Assembly (NCBI GenBank): GCA_034722955.1 | Contig: JAYEOM010000034.1 | Location: 1-27,621 of the forward strand | Length of the DNA stretch: 27,621 nt | Direction: 5' to 3' | Source: Campylobacterota bacterium | GTDB lineage: Bacteria > Campylobacterota > Campylobacteria > Campylobacterales > Sulfurovaceae | Part shown: positions 16,951 through 25,395 of the stretch, piece after piece | Position numbering within the stretch: the stretch's first letter is position 1 | Layout of the letters: each line of letters opens with the position of its first letter | Made by a program: the position numbers and the translations under genes | Notes under the pieces: model-generated | Seen by the model: only the letters and a program-made list of their open reading frames with translations | Told to the model about the DNA's origin: nothing | Database searches by the model: none

Positions 16951-17493
16951 CTAAAATGGTATTTCGTCTTCACTGATATCTATAGTCGGGATCTCTGGTG
17001 TTGCTGGTGGTTGCTCTGTACGCTGCTGCTGTGGAGCAGGTGCGGACTGATTGTCGTACTGCTGATTGGACTGATTCTGGTTGCCATACTGTTGGCTGGA
17101 CTGCCCTTGGTTGCCGTACTGCTGGTTGGACTGCCCTTGGTTGCCATAATTGCCACCTTCGGCAGATTCACTCTTTGGGAGCATCTGCAGGTTCTCTACG
17201 ATCACTACATGTTTGCTTCTCTTGGTTCCATCCTGTGCTGTCCACTGATCAAGCGAGAGTCGTCCATCGACTAAAACTTTGCTACCCTTACGCAGATATT
17301 GATTGGCGATTTCGGCAGTTCGTCCAAAAAATGTCAAATCAACGAACATAACCTCTTCTTTCTGCTCGCCAGTTTGAGATTTCCATTTTCTGTTGGTTGC
17401 GATACCGGTATTTCCGATAGCACTACCACCCTGACTATATCTGATCTCAACATCTCTAGTGAGATTTCCCATCAATATGATTTTGTTGTACAT
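16951..17493 (-). CDS. ssb: Single-stranded DNA-binding protein
   Basis: MYNKIILMGNLTRDVE, YLRKGSKVLVDGRL and acidic tip EDEIPF. Start moved to ATG 17493 behind AGGAG. Confidence 0.98.
   Translation of the reverse strand: MYNKIILMGNLTRDVEIRYSQGGSAIGNTGIATNRKWKSQTGEQKEEVMFVDLTFFGRTAEIANQYLRKGSKVLVDGRLSLDQWTAQDGTKRSKHVVIVENLQMLPKSESAEGGNYGNQGQSNQQYGNQGQSSQQYGNQNQSNQQYDNQSAPAPQQQRTEQPPATPEIPTIDISEDEIPF
17047..17148 (-). repeat. 30-nt tandem repeat (about 3.4 copies) in the ssb linker
   Basis: Units begin at 17047, 17077, 17107 and 17137; they encode YGNQGQSNQQ / YGNQGQSSQQ / YGNQNQSNQQ / YDNQ. Confidence 0.9.
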
Positions 17494-17515
17494 AAGGTTG
17501 CTCCTAAGCTTTTTC

Positions 17516-17977
17516 TTACGCTTCTGTTGTCTCAGTAACGATGGTTTCACTCTCTGTTACTACTACTTCATCCGCAGTTACTTCTACTACTACCTCTTCT
17601 GTTACAGTTACTTCAGTTACTGTCTCTGTCGGTTGGATATTTTTGTTGGCCGCTGCTACAAGTTTGTTAAACTGCGCAACCTCTTTGGTTTTGTTATATT
17701 TTACAGTTAGAAACTTGATAACATCTTCGTTGATTCTGAGGTTTCTTTCGAGCTCTGCAATAGTGTCGCCTTTTGCATTGAAAAGCAGTACAGTATAATA
17801 TCCTCTGGAGTTCTTCTGTACTGGGTAAGCGAGTTTTCTCATACCCATATCGTCTGTTGCTACAATTTCAGCACCCTCTTTTTCGAGAATAGCTTTTACT
17901 TTTTCGATTTGAGATTTGATCTCCTCTTCTGTAAGTGTAGGTTTTACAACAAACAGTGTTTCATAATGATTCATCAT
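17516..17977 (-). CDS. rpsF: 30S ribosomal protein S6 with long acidic tail
   Basis: HYETLFVVKPTL, MGMRKLAYPVQK..GYY and ELERNLRINEDVIKFL. Start may be 17974. Confidence 0.98.
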   Translation of the reverse strand: MMNHYETLFVVKPTLTEEEIKSQIEKVKAILEKEGAEIVATDDMGMRKLAYPVQKNSRGYYTVLLFNAKGDTIAELERNLRINEDVIKFLTVKYNKTKEVAQFNKLVAAANKNIQPTETVTEVTVTEEVVVEVTADEVVVTESETIVTETTEA

Positions 17978-18050
17978 CTATATCCTTTTGGTTTGATAGC
18001 CCATCGCTTTGAATCATCTAGTGTGATCCTCCAAACTTTGAGCAAGAATT
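17978..18050 (-). ncRNA. S6:S18 ribosomal protein leader (cis-regulatory)
   Basis: Minus strand TTCTTGCTCA...TGGGC-TATCAAA-CCA-AAAGGA: GCTCA/TGGGC stem, unpaired CCR, and a 5' pyrimidine tract that can pair with the SD, directly upstream of rpsF. Confidence 0.7.
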
Positions 18051-18061
18051 TTGGAAAACGC

Positions 18062-18070
18062 ATAATACCA
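18062..18070 (-). promoter_or_regulatory. Extended -10 element for rpsF-ssb-rpsR
   Basis: TGGTATTAT on minus just upstream of the leader. Confidence 0.55.
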
Positions 18071-18095
18071 TGATATATCTTATGAAGAGATGATA

Positions 18096-19073
18096 TTATA
18101 GGTATCGTTGCATCTGTATGAATGTACCGTAGAGAAGTGTCTCTCTGTTGATAGCGTTGGGGCGTTTTATCTCAAGTTCTCTCTCTAGGAGATGTTCTGT
18201 GATATTGAGCAGGGCTGCAGGTTTGACACGCATAGCTAGTTGTGCCTTTTTCTCCTCTATCTGTCTGGGGAGTTTGTATCCTAGAATGGCTACGCTGTCA
18301 GGAGTACCATGAAGTTTGATATATGCATTAAAGAGGAAAATCTCATTTACAAACCTCTGAGTAGAGCGTAAGAGAGATAACTCATCTTCACCAAGCTCCA
18401 GTAGTGTACCTATCATTTTGGTTATAGGTTTTTTTTCAAATAGTTGAGTTAAAAACTGCTCTGTAGCCATAGGGGCAGTAGAGTAGACGAGATGGTCTAT
18501 ATCTTTACTGGTTATCTTACTGTCAAATATAGCTAGTTTTTCGAGCTCATTACTGCATAGTGCAAGATTATTGTTGAGAGAGATCATGAGATGTTGTAGT
18601 GCAAAGTGATCGATATCCAATCCAATGAGTTGTGCCTTTTTTTGTAGTATCTCAACACCTTCACGCATATTTGGTTCAAAAAATCGTACCCAGGCAGCTC
18701 CACTCTTCTCACTGAAACTGCTCTGCATATTTTTTGCACCTGTAGCCTCTCCGCTAAAACCAAGGAGTAGATAGTTCTCCATGTTTTTGTTAGCAAGTAT
18801 GATCAGTGCATCAAGCTCTTTTTTTGGGATTTTTTTGTTCTGTTTTATGATGAGTAGATTGGTACCGCCAAAAAGAGAACTCTGGGAGAGATAGCTCTTG
18901 GCTCGTGTGAAGTCCCACTCGTCAAAGTAGAGTGTTAGCATCTCATCTTTGGCTTGAAGAGTCTGGATATAGTGATCGATATAGTAGTCTATGAGATAGG
19001 CATTGTCTCCATAAAGCATTAGTGCTTTGGGTAGTGCCTGCTGGAGTCTTCTGTCAAGTTCTTGTCTGTACAT
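18096..19073 (-). CDS. holA: DNA polymerase III subunit delta
   Basis: LMLYGD, LSQSSLFGG, NELEKL and ILGYKLP; typical size and position upstream of rpsF. Confidence 0.9.
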   Translation of the reverse strand: MYRQELDRRLQQALPKALMLYGDNAYLIDYYIDHYIQTLQAKDEMLTLYFDEWDFTRAKSYLSQSSLFGGTNLLIIKQNKKIPKKELDALIILANKNMENYLLLGFSGEATGAKNMQSSFSEKSGAAWVRFFEPNMREGVEILQKKAQLIGLDIDHFALQHLMISLNNNLALCSNELEKLAIFDSKITSKDIDHLVYSTAPMATEQFLTQLFEKKPITKMIGTLLELGEDELSLLRSTQRFVNEIFLFNAYIKLHGTPDSVAILGYKLPRQIEEKKAQLAMRVKPAALLNITEHLLERELEIKRPNAINRETLLYGTFIQMQRYL

Positions 19074-19120
19074 TCAAAAATCCATTTGGAGTTTTAGTAT
19101 ATAGTTTTGCTCCTGCTCTC

Positions 19121-21103
19121 TCATGTTAACTCCATCTCCTCTCTGCTCAGCTTGACAACTACCTCCGCCATGATCGTAGCCATAGCGATATCAACCTCCG
19201 TGATCATGATACGCACTCTATCGAAGAGCATGATATTGTCTCCTCTTAGATGGACAGTGACCCCTTTGATCTCTCCTAGCAGAGTGGCTTTGGCACTTTC
19301 ACCGGCCTCTATCACTTCGGCGAGGAAGAGTGATCCGATCTCTTTTTTTGCCCATCTGGCAAATTTGCGGTCTCTAAAATCCCACTCTGCCTTGGTGCTT
19401 TCCCGTTCTAGTTCGGAGACTCTCGCACAGAGTGGTTCTATATTGCGCATGAGGTACTCTGCCTCCTCTTTGTCTCCTGAGAGTTGTGTTTTGATCAAGC
19501 GATGCAAGATGAGGTCACTATATCTCCGTATAGGAGATGTGAAGTGGCTATAGTGGCTAAATCCAAGACCAAAATGCCCGACATTGTGAGCCCCATAAGC
19601 AGCTCTCCTGAGGGATTTGATGACCATGGCATCGACTTCACTCTCTAGATCCATCTTTTTTGCTTCGCTCTGTATAGCACGGATGAGAGATGGAGAGTCT
19701 TCATAAGATTCAACAAATAGACCGATAGAGGCAAGCTCTTCGAGGAGTACCTCTATCTTGGCTAGCTGTGGAGGTTCATGGATACGAAAGATACCGTACT
19801 CACCTCTCTCATCTGTCGTCTTAAATCGTTTGGCTGAAGCTTGGTTTGCAAGGAGCATACACTCCTCTATCAGAGAGTGTGATGGGGTGCCTGTCTCGAT
19901 CATCGTTTCAGTGAGAAGATGATCGCTATTTATGGAGAGTCTGACCTCTTCGCTGCGAAAATCAAACCCCCTCCCTAGTCGTCTCTCTCGCAGCCTTTGG
20001 GTTATCTTCTGCAGGGGCAATAGATAAGTCAAGATTTGAGCATCCTCGCCATGTGCATCAACTCCACCATTCTGTATGATAGTATCAACCTGCTCATAGT
20101 TGAAGCGTCGTTTGGAGTGTATGATCGCTTCAAAAAATGACTCTTTAAGAGGCGAGAGAGTCTCTCTGTCTAGCTCTATCTTGGCGACAAAAGCCAGACG
20201 ATCTACATGGGGTTTGAGTGAGCATATATTTTCACTCAACTCTCTTGGTAGCATAGGGAAAGATTTGTGAGGCAGATAGGTGGTAAAACCTCTCTTTTTA
20301 GCCTCTTTGTCGATGGGGGTGAAGTAGGGGACATAGTGGCTAACATCAGCTATAGCAACATAGAGTATATAGCTCCGCATGTCAAAATAGATAGCATCAT
20401 CAAAATCTTTCGCCGTAACAGGGTCGATCGTACAAAAACCGAGAGCAGTGAGATCTATGCGCTCTGGATGCTCATCACGATCAACTGTTAACTCTACACC
20501 CTTTGCCTGCTCTATACATACCGAGGGGAATCTGTCGGCACGCCCATAGAGTGCTAGTGATATCTTCTCATCAACCTTTGGATCATCGAGATGACCAAAA
20601 ACTTCGATCACCTCTTCGGTTTGGCTGTCAACCTTGAGAACTGTGCCGATCTTAAAGGCTTTGAGATCCATACCTCTCATAGTAGCATGGGTGGGGAGAG
20701 ATGTTCTTAGATTGAGTATGTCAAAATTACCTAAATCATCTCGGTGTGTATAGGCGATCATAAAACTATGAGCCTTTTTTATAACCAGAGTGACTTTGGC
20801 ACTTGCACGCCCTCGTCTTGCGATAATCCGTTTGGCAACGACGATATCTCCATGTCTCCCATCAGCAAGATCATCCGGCTCTACAAGCAGATCTTTTTGA
20901 TCTTTGAACTCTGCTTCAACAAATCCTCTGCCATCCTTGCCTATATAGAGTTCACCTACACGATATATGGATCGTAATCTCCATACACCATCGATCTTCT
21001 CTAATGCTTGGATATTTTGTAAAGATTGAAAACTCTCTAGATCCTCTTCTTCGATATCTGAGGGGAGAGAGCCATTGATAAGTTGGATAGCAAATGGTGA
21101 CAT
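19121..21103 (-). CDS. rnr: Ribonuclease R (RNB family)
   Basis: TIDPVTAKDFDDA, VAIADVSHYV, LIEECMLLAN and HFGLG...YSHFTSPIRRYSDL. Confidence 0.95.
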   Translation of the reverse strand: MSPFAIQLINGSLPSDIEEEDLESFQSLQNIQALEKIDGVWRLRSIYRVGELYIGKDGRGFVEAEFKDQKDLLVEPDDLADGRHGDIVVAKRIIARRGRASAKVTLVIKKAHSFMIAYTHRDDLGNFDILNLRTSLPTHATMRGMDLKAFKIGTVLKVDSQTEEVIEVFGHLDDPKVDEKISLALYGRADRFPSVCIEQAKGVELTVDRDEHPERIDLTALGFCTIDPVTAKDFDDAIYFDMRSYILYVAIADVSHYVPYFTPIDKEAKKRGFTTYLPHKSFPMLPRELSENICSLKPHVDRLAFVAKIELDRETLSPLKESFFEAIIHSKRRFNYEQVDTIIQNGGVDAHGEDAQILTYLLPLQKITQRLRERRLGRGFDFRSEEVRLSINSDHLLTETMIETGTPSHSLIEECMLLANQASAKRFKTTDERGEYGIFRIHEPPQLAKIEVLLEELASIGLFVESYEDSPSLIRAIQSEAKKMDLESEVDAMVIKSLRRAAYGAHNVGHFGLGFSHYSHFTSPIRRYSDLILHRLIKTQLSGDKEEAEYLMRNIEPLCARVSELERESTKAEWDFRDRKFARWAKKEIGSLFLAEVIEAGESAKATLLGEIKGVTVHLRGDNIMLFDRVRIMITEVDIAMATIMAEVVVKLSREEMELT

Positions 21104-21112
21104 TGAGGTTCC

Positions 21113-21499
21113 TTATAGCTTGAGGTAGCGTTCTAATATGATCTTGGCAGCGATGGAGTCGAGTCTGCCATCTTTTTTGTGTTTGAACTTTCCCATAGTG
21201 AGCTCTTTGGCTTCAAAGGAGCTACCCTGTTCATCTTGATAAGCTATATCTATATCCAGATCCATAAGAGAGACAAAGTGTTTGATACGCCTCTCCATCT
21301 CCTCAGAGCTAGAGCCATCTTGCGGTAAACCAACTATAAGGTGTTGGATCCCCCAATCATCTAAAAAAGCTTTGACATCGTCTGCTGCTTGATTGCGATT
21401 TTTGCGAAGTATGGCATCTTGAGGTATGACTGTTTTTCCATCAGGAGAGATAGCTATACCTATGCGTTTGAGTCCGATATCAAGACTGGCGTATTTCAT
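21113..21499 (-). CDS. ruvX: YqgF/RuvX pre-16S rRNA nuclease
   Basis: SLDIGLKRIGIAIS, IVGLP, QDEQGSS and DSIAAKIILERYL. Confidence 0.95.
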   Translation of the reverse strand: MKYASLDIGLKRIGIAISPDGKTVIPQDAILRKNRNQAADDVKAFLDDWGIQHLIVGLPQDGSSSEEMERRIKHFVSLMDLDIDIAYQDEQGSSFEAKELTMGKFKHKKDGRLDSIAAKIILERYLKL

Positions 21500-21506
21500 A
21501 GGGCGA

Positions 21507-21515
21507 AGTATAACA
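21507..21515 (-). promoter_or_regulatory. Extended -10 element 7 nt upstream of the yqgF ATG (leaderless arrangement)
   Basis: TGTTATACT-TCGCCCT-ATG with no SD sequence. Confidence 0.65.
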
Positions 21516-21599
21516 TAGTTTGGGTTGATTGTTTGGAAGGTTTAATTTTATTTTAGATAAATTATGGATATAATTTAATTATAGAAGGAGGTTATATTT

Positions 21600-22448
21600 A
21601 TGTTACGATCTACTATGATACTTATTTTTACATTTATACTAACTTTTATAGTGCTTTATGCCGGCTCAAACTACTCTGACCAGATATCTAGAGATAGATT
21701 GGCAGCAATAGATGAAGAGCAATCAGATCTGCTTGAACTCTTAGGCAATGAAAATAGTAAGATTATTGCAGATAGAGAGTTGTATCTTAAAGAGTTGGAG
21801 CAGCAGGCCGAAGAGCAGAGAGAGATGCAAAAACTAAAGAGACTCAGAGTACAAAAAGAGGCTCTTGATGCTATCGTGAATGAGCAGCAGATATTGAGAG
21901 AAAAACGAGAAGATAGTGTAGAGAAAGAGAAGAGAGGGCAAGTTGAGGTAGAGATGAAAGAGGAGATCTCTGTACCTAAAGTGGAACCTATATCTAAAGA
22001 GGAACCTGTATATAAAGCAGAGCTTGCACCTAAAGTGAAACCTCTATCTCAAGCAGAGGCAGAAGTAGATGTAGAGGTAGACAAAAAGAGGCAAATTACA
22101 GTACACATAGATCTCTCAGAGCAAGAGATGCGTGTCTACAATAAAGATACGCTGTTTGGAGAGTGGAGAGTCTCTACTGCTAAAGGTGGACATATTACAC
22201 CTGTAGGAAGATTTAAGCCTAAGACTCTCAAGAGGATGCACTACTCTAGCCGTTATCATAAGTCCCAGATGCCATACTCTATCTTTTTCAAAGGCAACTA
22301 TGCGATACATGGTACAAAAGTGATCAAACACTTAGGACGAAAAGCATCACACGGTTGTGTTAGACTGCACCCAGGTAATGCAAAAAAACTTTATCAATTG
22401 GTTCGCAAATATGGCAAAAAGAGTACTGAGATAATTATCACAAAGTAG
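21600..22448 (+). CDS. L,D-transpeptidase (YkuD domain) with N-terminal anchor and charged coiled-coil stalk
   Basis: IDLSEQEM, VSTAK..TPVGRF, MPYSIFF and AIHGT...LGRKASHGCVRL. AAGGAGG RBS; TATAAT at 21569-21574. Confidence 0.9.
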   Translation: MLRSTMILIFTFILTFIVLYAGSNYSDQISRDRLAAIDEEQSDLLELLGNENSKIIADRELYLKELEQQAEEQREMQKLKRLRVQKEALDAIVNEQQILREKREDSVEKEKRGQVEVEMKEEISVPKVEPISKEEPVYKAELAPKVKPLSQAEAEVDVEVDKKRQITVHIDLSEQEMRVYNKDTLFGEWRVSTAKGGHITPVGRFKPKTLKRMHYSSRYHKSQMPYSIFFKGNYAIHGTKVIKHLGRKASHGCVRLHPGNAKKLYQLVRKYGKKSTEIIITK

Positions 22449-22495
22449 AGAGGCTAGCAGAAGATTAGTATATAAATTTGATTAAAGGAGTTAGG

Positions 22496-22999
22496 TTGAA
22501 ATATGCAGATACTTGCAGAACATTGGCAAAATTTGGGAAGGATCTTCTCCATTATACTTCTTTGGGAGAGGGCTTGCCAAAGATAGCCTCTTATATCAAG
22601 CAGACTATCAGAGCAGATAGAAGCACCATCTATATCTATGACTCCCAAAAAGAGATATTGTGGACAGTTCTAGCAGATAAAATCGATAGATTGGTTATCC
22701 CGTCTAATGACGGTATAGCAGGACAGACGATCTCAAGGGGTGAGCCTATTATCGTGAACACTCCTTATGAAGATCATGATTTTGATGCTAGTGTTGATTA
22801 TTTGACAGGGTATACAACACAAAATATCGCTACAGTCCCTATCTTTGACTCAGATAAAAGAGTTATCGGTGTTTTGCAACTTCTCAACAAATATATGGGA
22901 GATTTCAATGAAGATGATTTGAAATTTATGGTTTTTTTTGCACACTATATCAGTGGATATCTTGCTCTATCCATCCTGTTGGATGGCAATTATGAGTAG
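22496..22999 (+). CDS. Stand-alone GAF domain protein
   Basis: ADRSTIYIYD, GIAG, VDYLTGYTTQNIATVPI and VIGVLQLLNK..GDFNEDD (NKFDE-like). Start set at TTG 22496 behind AAGGAG. Confidence 0.88.
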   Translation: MKYADTCRTLAKFGKDLLHYTSLGEGLPKIASYIKQTIRADRSTIYIYDSQKEILWTVLADKIDRLVIPSNDGIAGQTISRGEPIIVNTPYEDHDFDASVDYLTGYTTQNIATVPIFDSDKRVIGVLQLLNKYMGDFNEDDLKFMVFFAHYISGYLALSILLDGNYE

Positions 23000-25386
23000 G
23001 TAAAATCAAAATCTATATCATCGATATTTTCTGGTGATATTATCTTTTTGGCTATCTTCAGATAGAGACCGCTATCATAGATAAATTTTACAATCTCTCG
23101 ATCTATAGAGTTCTCTTTTGCCATAAAATATAGAATCTTCATAGACTCTGAGAGTTTTTTTGCCTTTTTATAGGGTCTATCAGAGGCAGTCAGTGCCTCA
23201 AAGATATCTGCAACTGCCAATATCCTTGCCTCAAAAGAGATCTCATCTCCCTTAAGTCCCAATGGATATCCACCGCCATTGATCTGTTCATGGTGTGCTG
23301 CTGCTATTTCTGGAATATGTTCATACTTTTTAGGAAATGGTAACTGTTGAAGCATCTGGAGGCTGACTAAGGCATGATTATTTATTTTGAGTCTCTCCTC
23401 TTTGGTTAGTGTACCCTTTTGGATAGATAGATTCATCACCTCATCGCTGCTGAGCCAATCTTTTTCTATACCATTGATAGTTATCTGTGCCTTGGCAATC
23501 TCTTTAACTCTTTCAACTTTTTGATCGCAGAAAAATTCACTTCCGTTATTGGCTTCTTTGATAAACTCTATCTCTCTATCGATCTGTTTGATAGCACTAC
23601 TGTACTCATTGAGCAGTTCCGCTCTTCTATAGCTGTCAGCCTCCTCACGCTTCTCTAAATATTCTATTTTCAAATCTCTTTTGCGAATCTCAGCTTTCAT
23701 CTCTACTGTCTCTATGCGATCATAAATTGTTTGTAGCTTTGTCGCCTTATCTACAACATACTCTGGTGTTGTTATCTTGCCAATATCATGCATAAGAGCA
23801 GCCAGCTTGATCTCTCTGATCTCCCAGTCAGTGTAGTTTATATCTTTAAATATGCTTTGATCTCTATCGATAGCCTTAGTTATCATATCAGTGATATTAA
23901 CCATCTTTTCGATATGACCAGCAGTATATTCAGATTTTGCTTCGATAGCAATATTGATCGTACGCAAAAATGATTCTAGTAGATTTTCCAAATCATTAAT
24001 CAACTGTTGTTTGGTCAAAGCAACAGCAGCTTCTGATGCTAGGGCTGTCGTAATATTCTCATCAAAACTACTAAATGCATCTATCTGATCATAATGGTTT
24101 TTTTTATTTATGAGTTGCAGAACACCAATAATCATATCTTCATGGTTTTTCAATGGTATTACAAGCATTGATTGGGAGCGATATCCTGTTTTTTGGTCAA
24201 ATAGTTTAGTACCGGAGAAGTCAAAACTATCGGTATTATAAACATCAGGAATGTTGATAACACTATCTTCTAGTACTGCAACTGCCGCAACCATATGGCT
24301 ATTTTTTGTGCCATCAGCAGTATATAGCGGCAGTGGATCCCAAGTGATAACTCCACCGCTTCCTCCCATCTTGATATCTAGTGAGTCTGTCTGGACTACT
24401 TTGAACTCTAGCATATCAGTTTTGGTATTCAAAAGATAGAGTGTACCTCCGTCTGCATGGGTCAATATCTTTGCCTTGATGAGAATAAATTCGAGTAGAT
24501 GATCGATATTTTTTTCAGAAGATAGTGCTATAGCAACGCTAGATAACTCTATAAATAGATTCTCTATCTCACTTTTTTTTCTATCATGCTGCTCTGTTTT
24601 GATCTCTGGATCAAAATATACTCTATCACCATCCAAGAGTATTTTTGATCTATTTTTCAGGATATTATAATCAGCAATTTCTCTCACGATATCATCATGA
24701 AAAAATGGTTTGAGATGCATAGGATAGATAGCTAAATCATCTCTTTTTAATTTTTTTAACTCTTGATAGAGGAGTTTGGGTGTCAAGTGTCTGCTGTTAT
24801 ATGCGAGTTTGTCGTACTCTGAAGAGAAGGATACATCTATACATAGAGAGTGGATGGATCTGTCTTCGTTGAGTTTAGCCAAAAGGGTATCACTGATGTA
24901 GGTATCGGAAGTGACTAAAATACCCTGATGATCTTTTTTGATAATATATCCACAGCTTCCATCTGTGTGGTTGGTTTTGATGGGTACAAGAGAGAGATCT
25001 TCAACCCAATAAGTAGTATCTATTTTGATCTCAATAAACTCTATAGTGTTCTTATCACTATTTAGAAGTTTGATTTGGCTAAAATCAGGCCAAATATCAT
25101 TGTTGAAGATAGAGGATTTCAATACTTCAATAGTCTCTTTTAGAGCATAAATCTTGAGGGGCTCAGATGCAGTAGCTATAATCTCCTCTACAAGAAAAGG
25201 AATATCGCAAATATGGTCTAGATGGGCATGTGTCAAAAATATTTGATTAATTCTGGAGACTGCATCATCAAGGGTTGCTATCAAATTTCCAGCATCTATG
25301 ACACTATGTTTGCCGATCTGTATGCAAGTTGATCCCTTATCAGAGGTCCGTGTACCGCAAGCACCCAAAAATTCTATATATTCCAT
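22990..25386 (-). CDS. Class II (MBL-fold) cyclic-nucleotide phosphodiesterase - GAF - HD-GYP fusion protein
   Basis: N-terminal IDAG, THAHLDH, TNHT, TSDT and HLTP; GAF ADGGTLYL..FDQKTGYRSQSMLVIPL..GVLQLINK; HD-GYP YTAGH, HDIGK, HHEQINGGGYP and ADIFEALTASDRPYKK. Confidence 0.92.
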   Translation of the reverse strand: MEYIEFLGACGTRTSDKGSTCIQIGKHSVIDAGNLIATLDDAVSRINQIFLTHAHLDHICDIPFLVEEIIATASEPLKIYALKETIEVLKSSIFNNDIWPDFSQIKLLNSDKNTIEFIEIKIDTTYWVEDLSLVPIKTNHTDGSCGYIIKKDHQGILVTSDTYISDTLLAKLNEDRSIHSLCIDVSFSSEYDKLAYNSRHLTPKLLYQELKKLKRDDLAIYPMHLKPFFHDDIVREIADYNILKNRSKILLDGDRVYFDPEIKTEQHDRKKSEIENLFIELSSVAIALSSEKNIDHLLEFILIKAKILTHADGGTLYLLNTKTDMLEFKVVQTDSLDIKMGGSGGVITWDPLPLYTADGTKNSHMVAAVAVLEDSVINIPDVYNTDSFDFSGTKLFDQKTGYRSQSMLVIPLKNHEDMIIGVLQLINKKNHYDQIDAFSSFDENITTALASEAAVALTKQQLINDLENLLESFLRTINIAIEAKSEYTAGHIEKMVNITDMITKAIDRDQSIFKDINYTDWEIREIKLAALMHDIGKITTPEYVVDKATKLQTIYDRIETVEMKAEIRKRDLKIEYLEKREEADSYRRAELLNEYSSAIKQIDREIEFIKEANNGSEFFCDQKVERVKEIAKAQITINGIEKDWLSSDEVMNLSIQKGTLTKEERLKINNHALVSLQMLQQLPFPKKYEHIPEIAAAHHEQINGGGYPLGLKGDEISFEARILAVADIFEALTASDRPYKKAKKLSESMKILYFMAKENSIDREIVKFIYDSGLYLKIAKKIISPENIDDIDFDFTYS

Positions 25387-25395
25387 CTACTATTC

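Noticed and set aside
16589..17798. Multiple overlapping ORFs across rpsR-ssb-rpsF
   Set aside because: Shadow frames produced by low-complexity repeats in ssb and rpsF.
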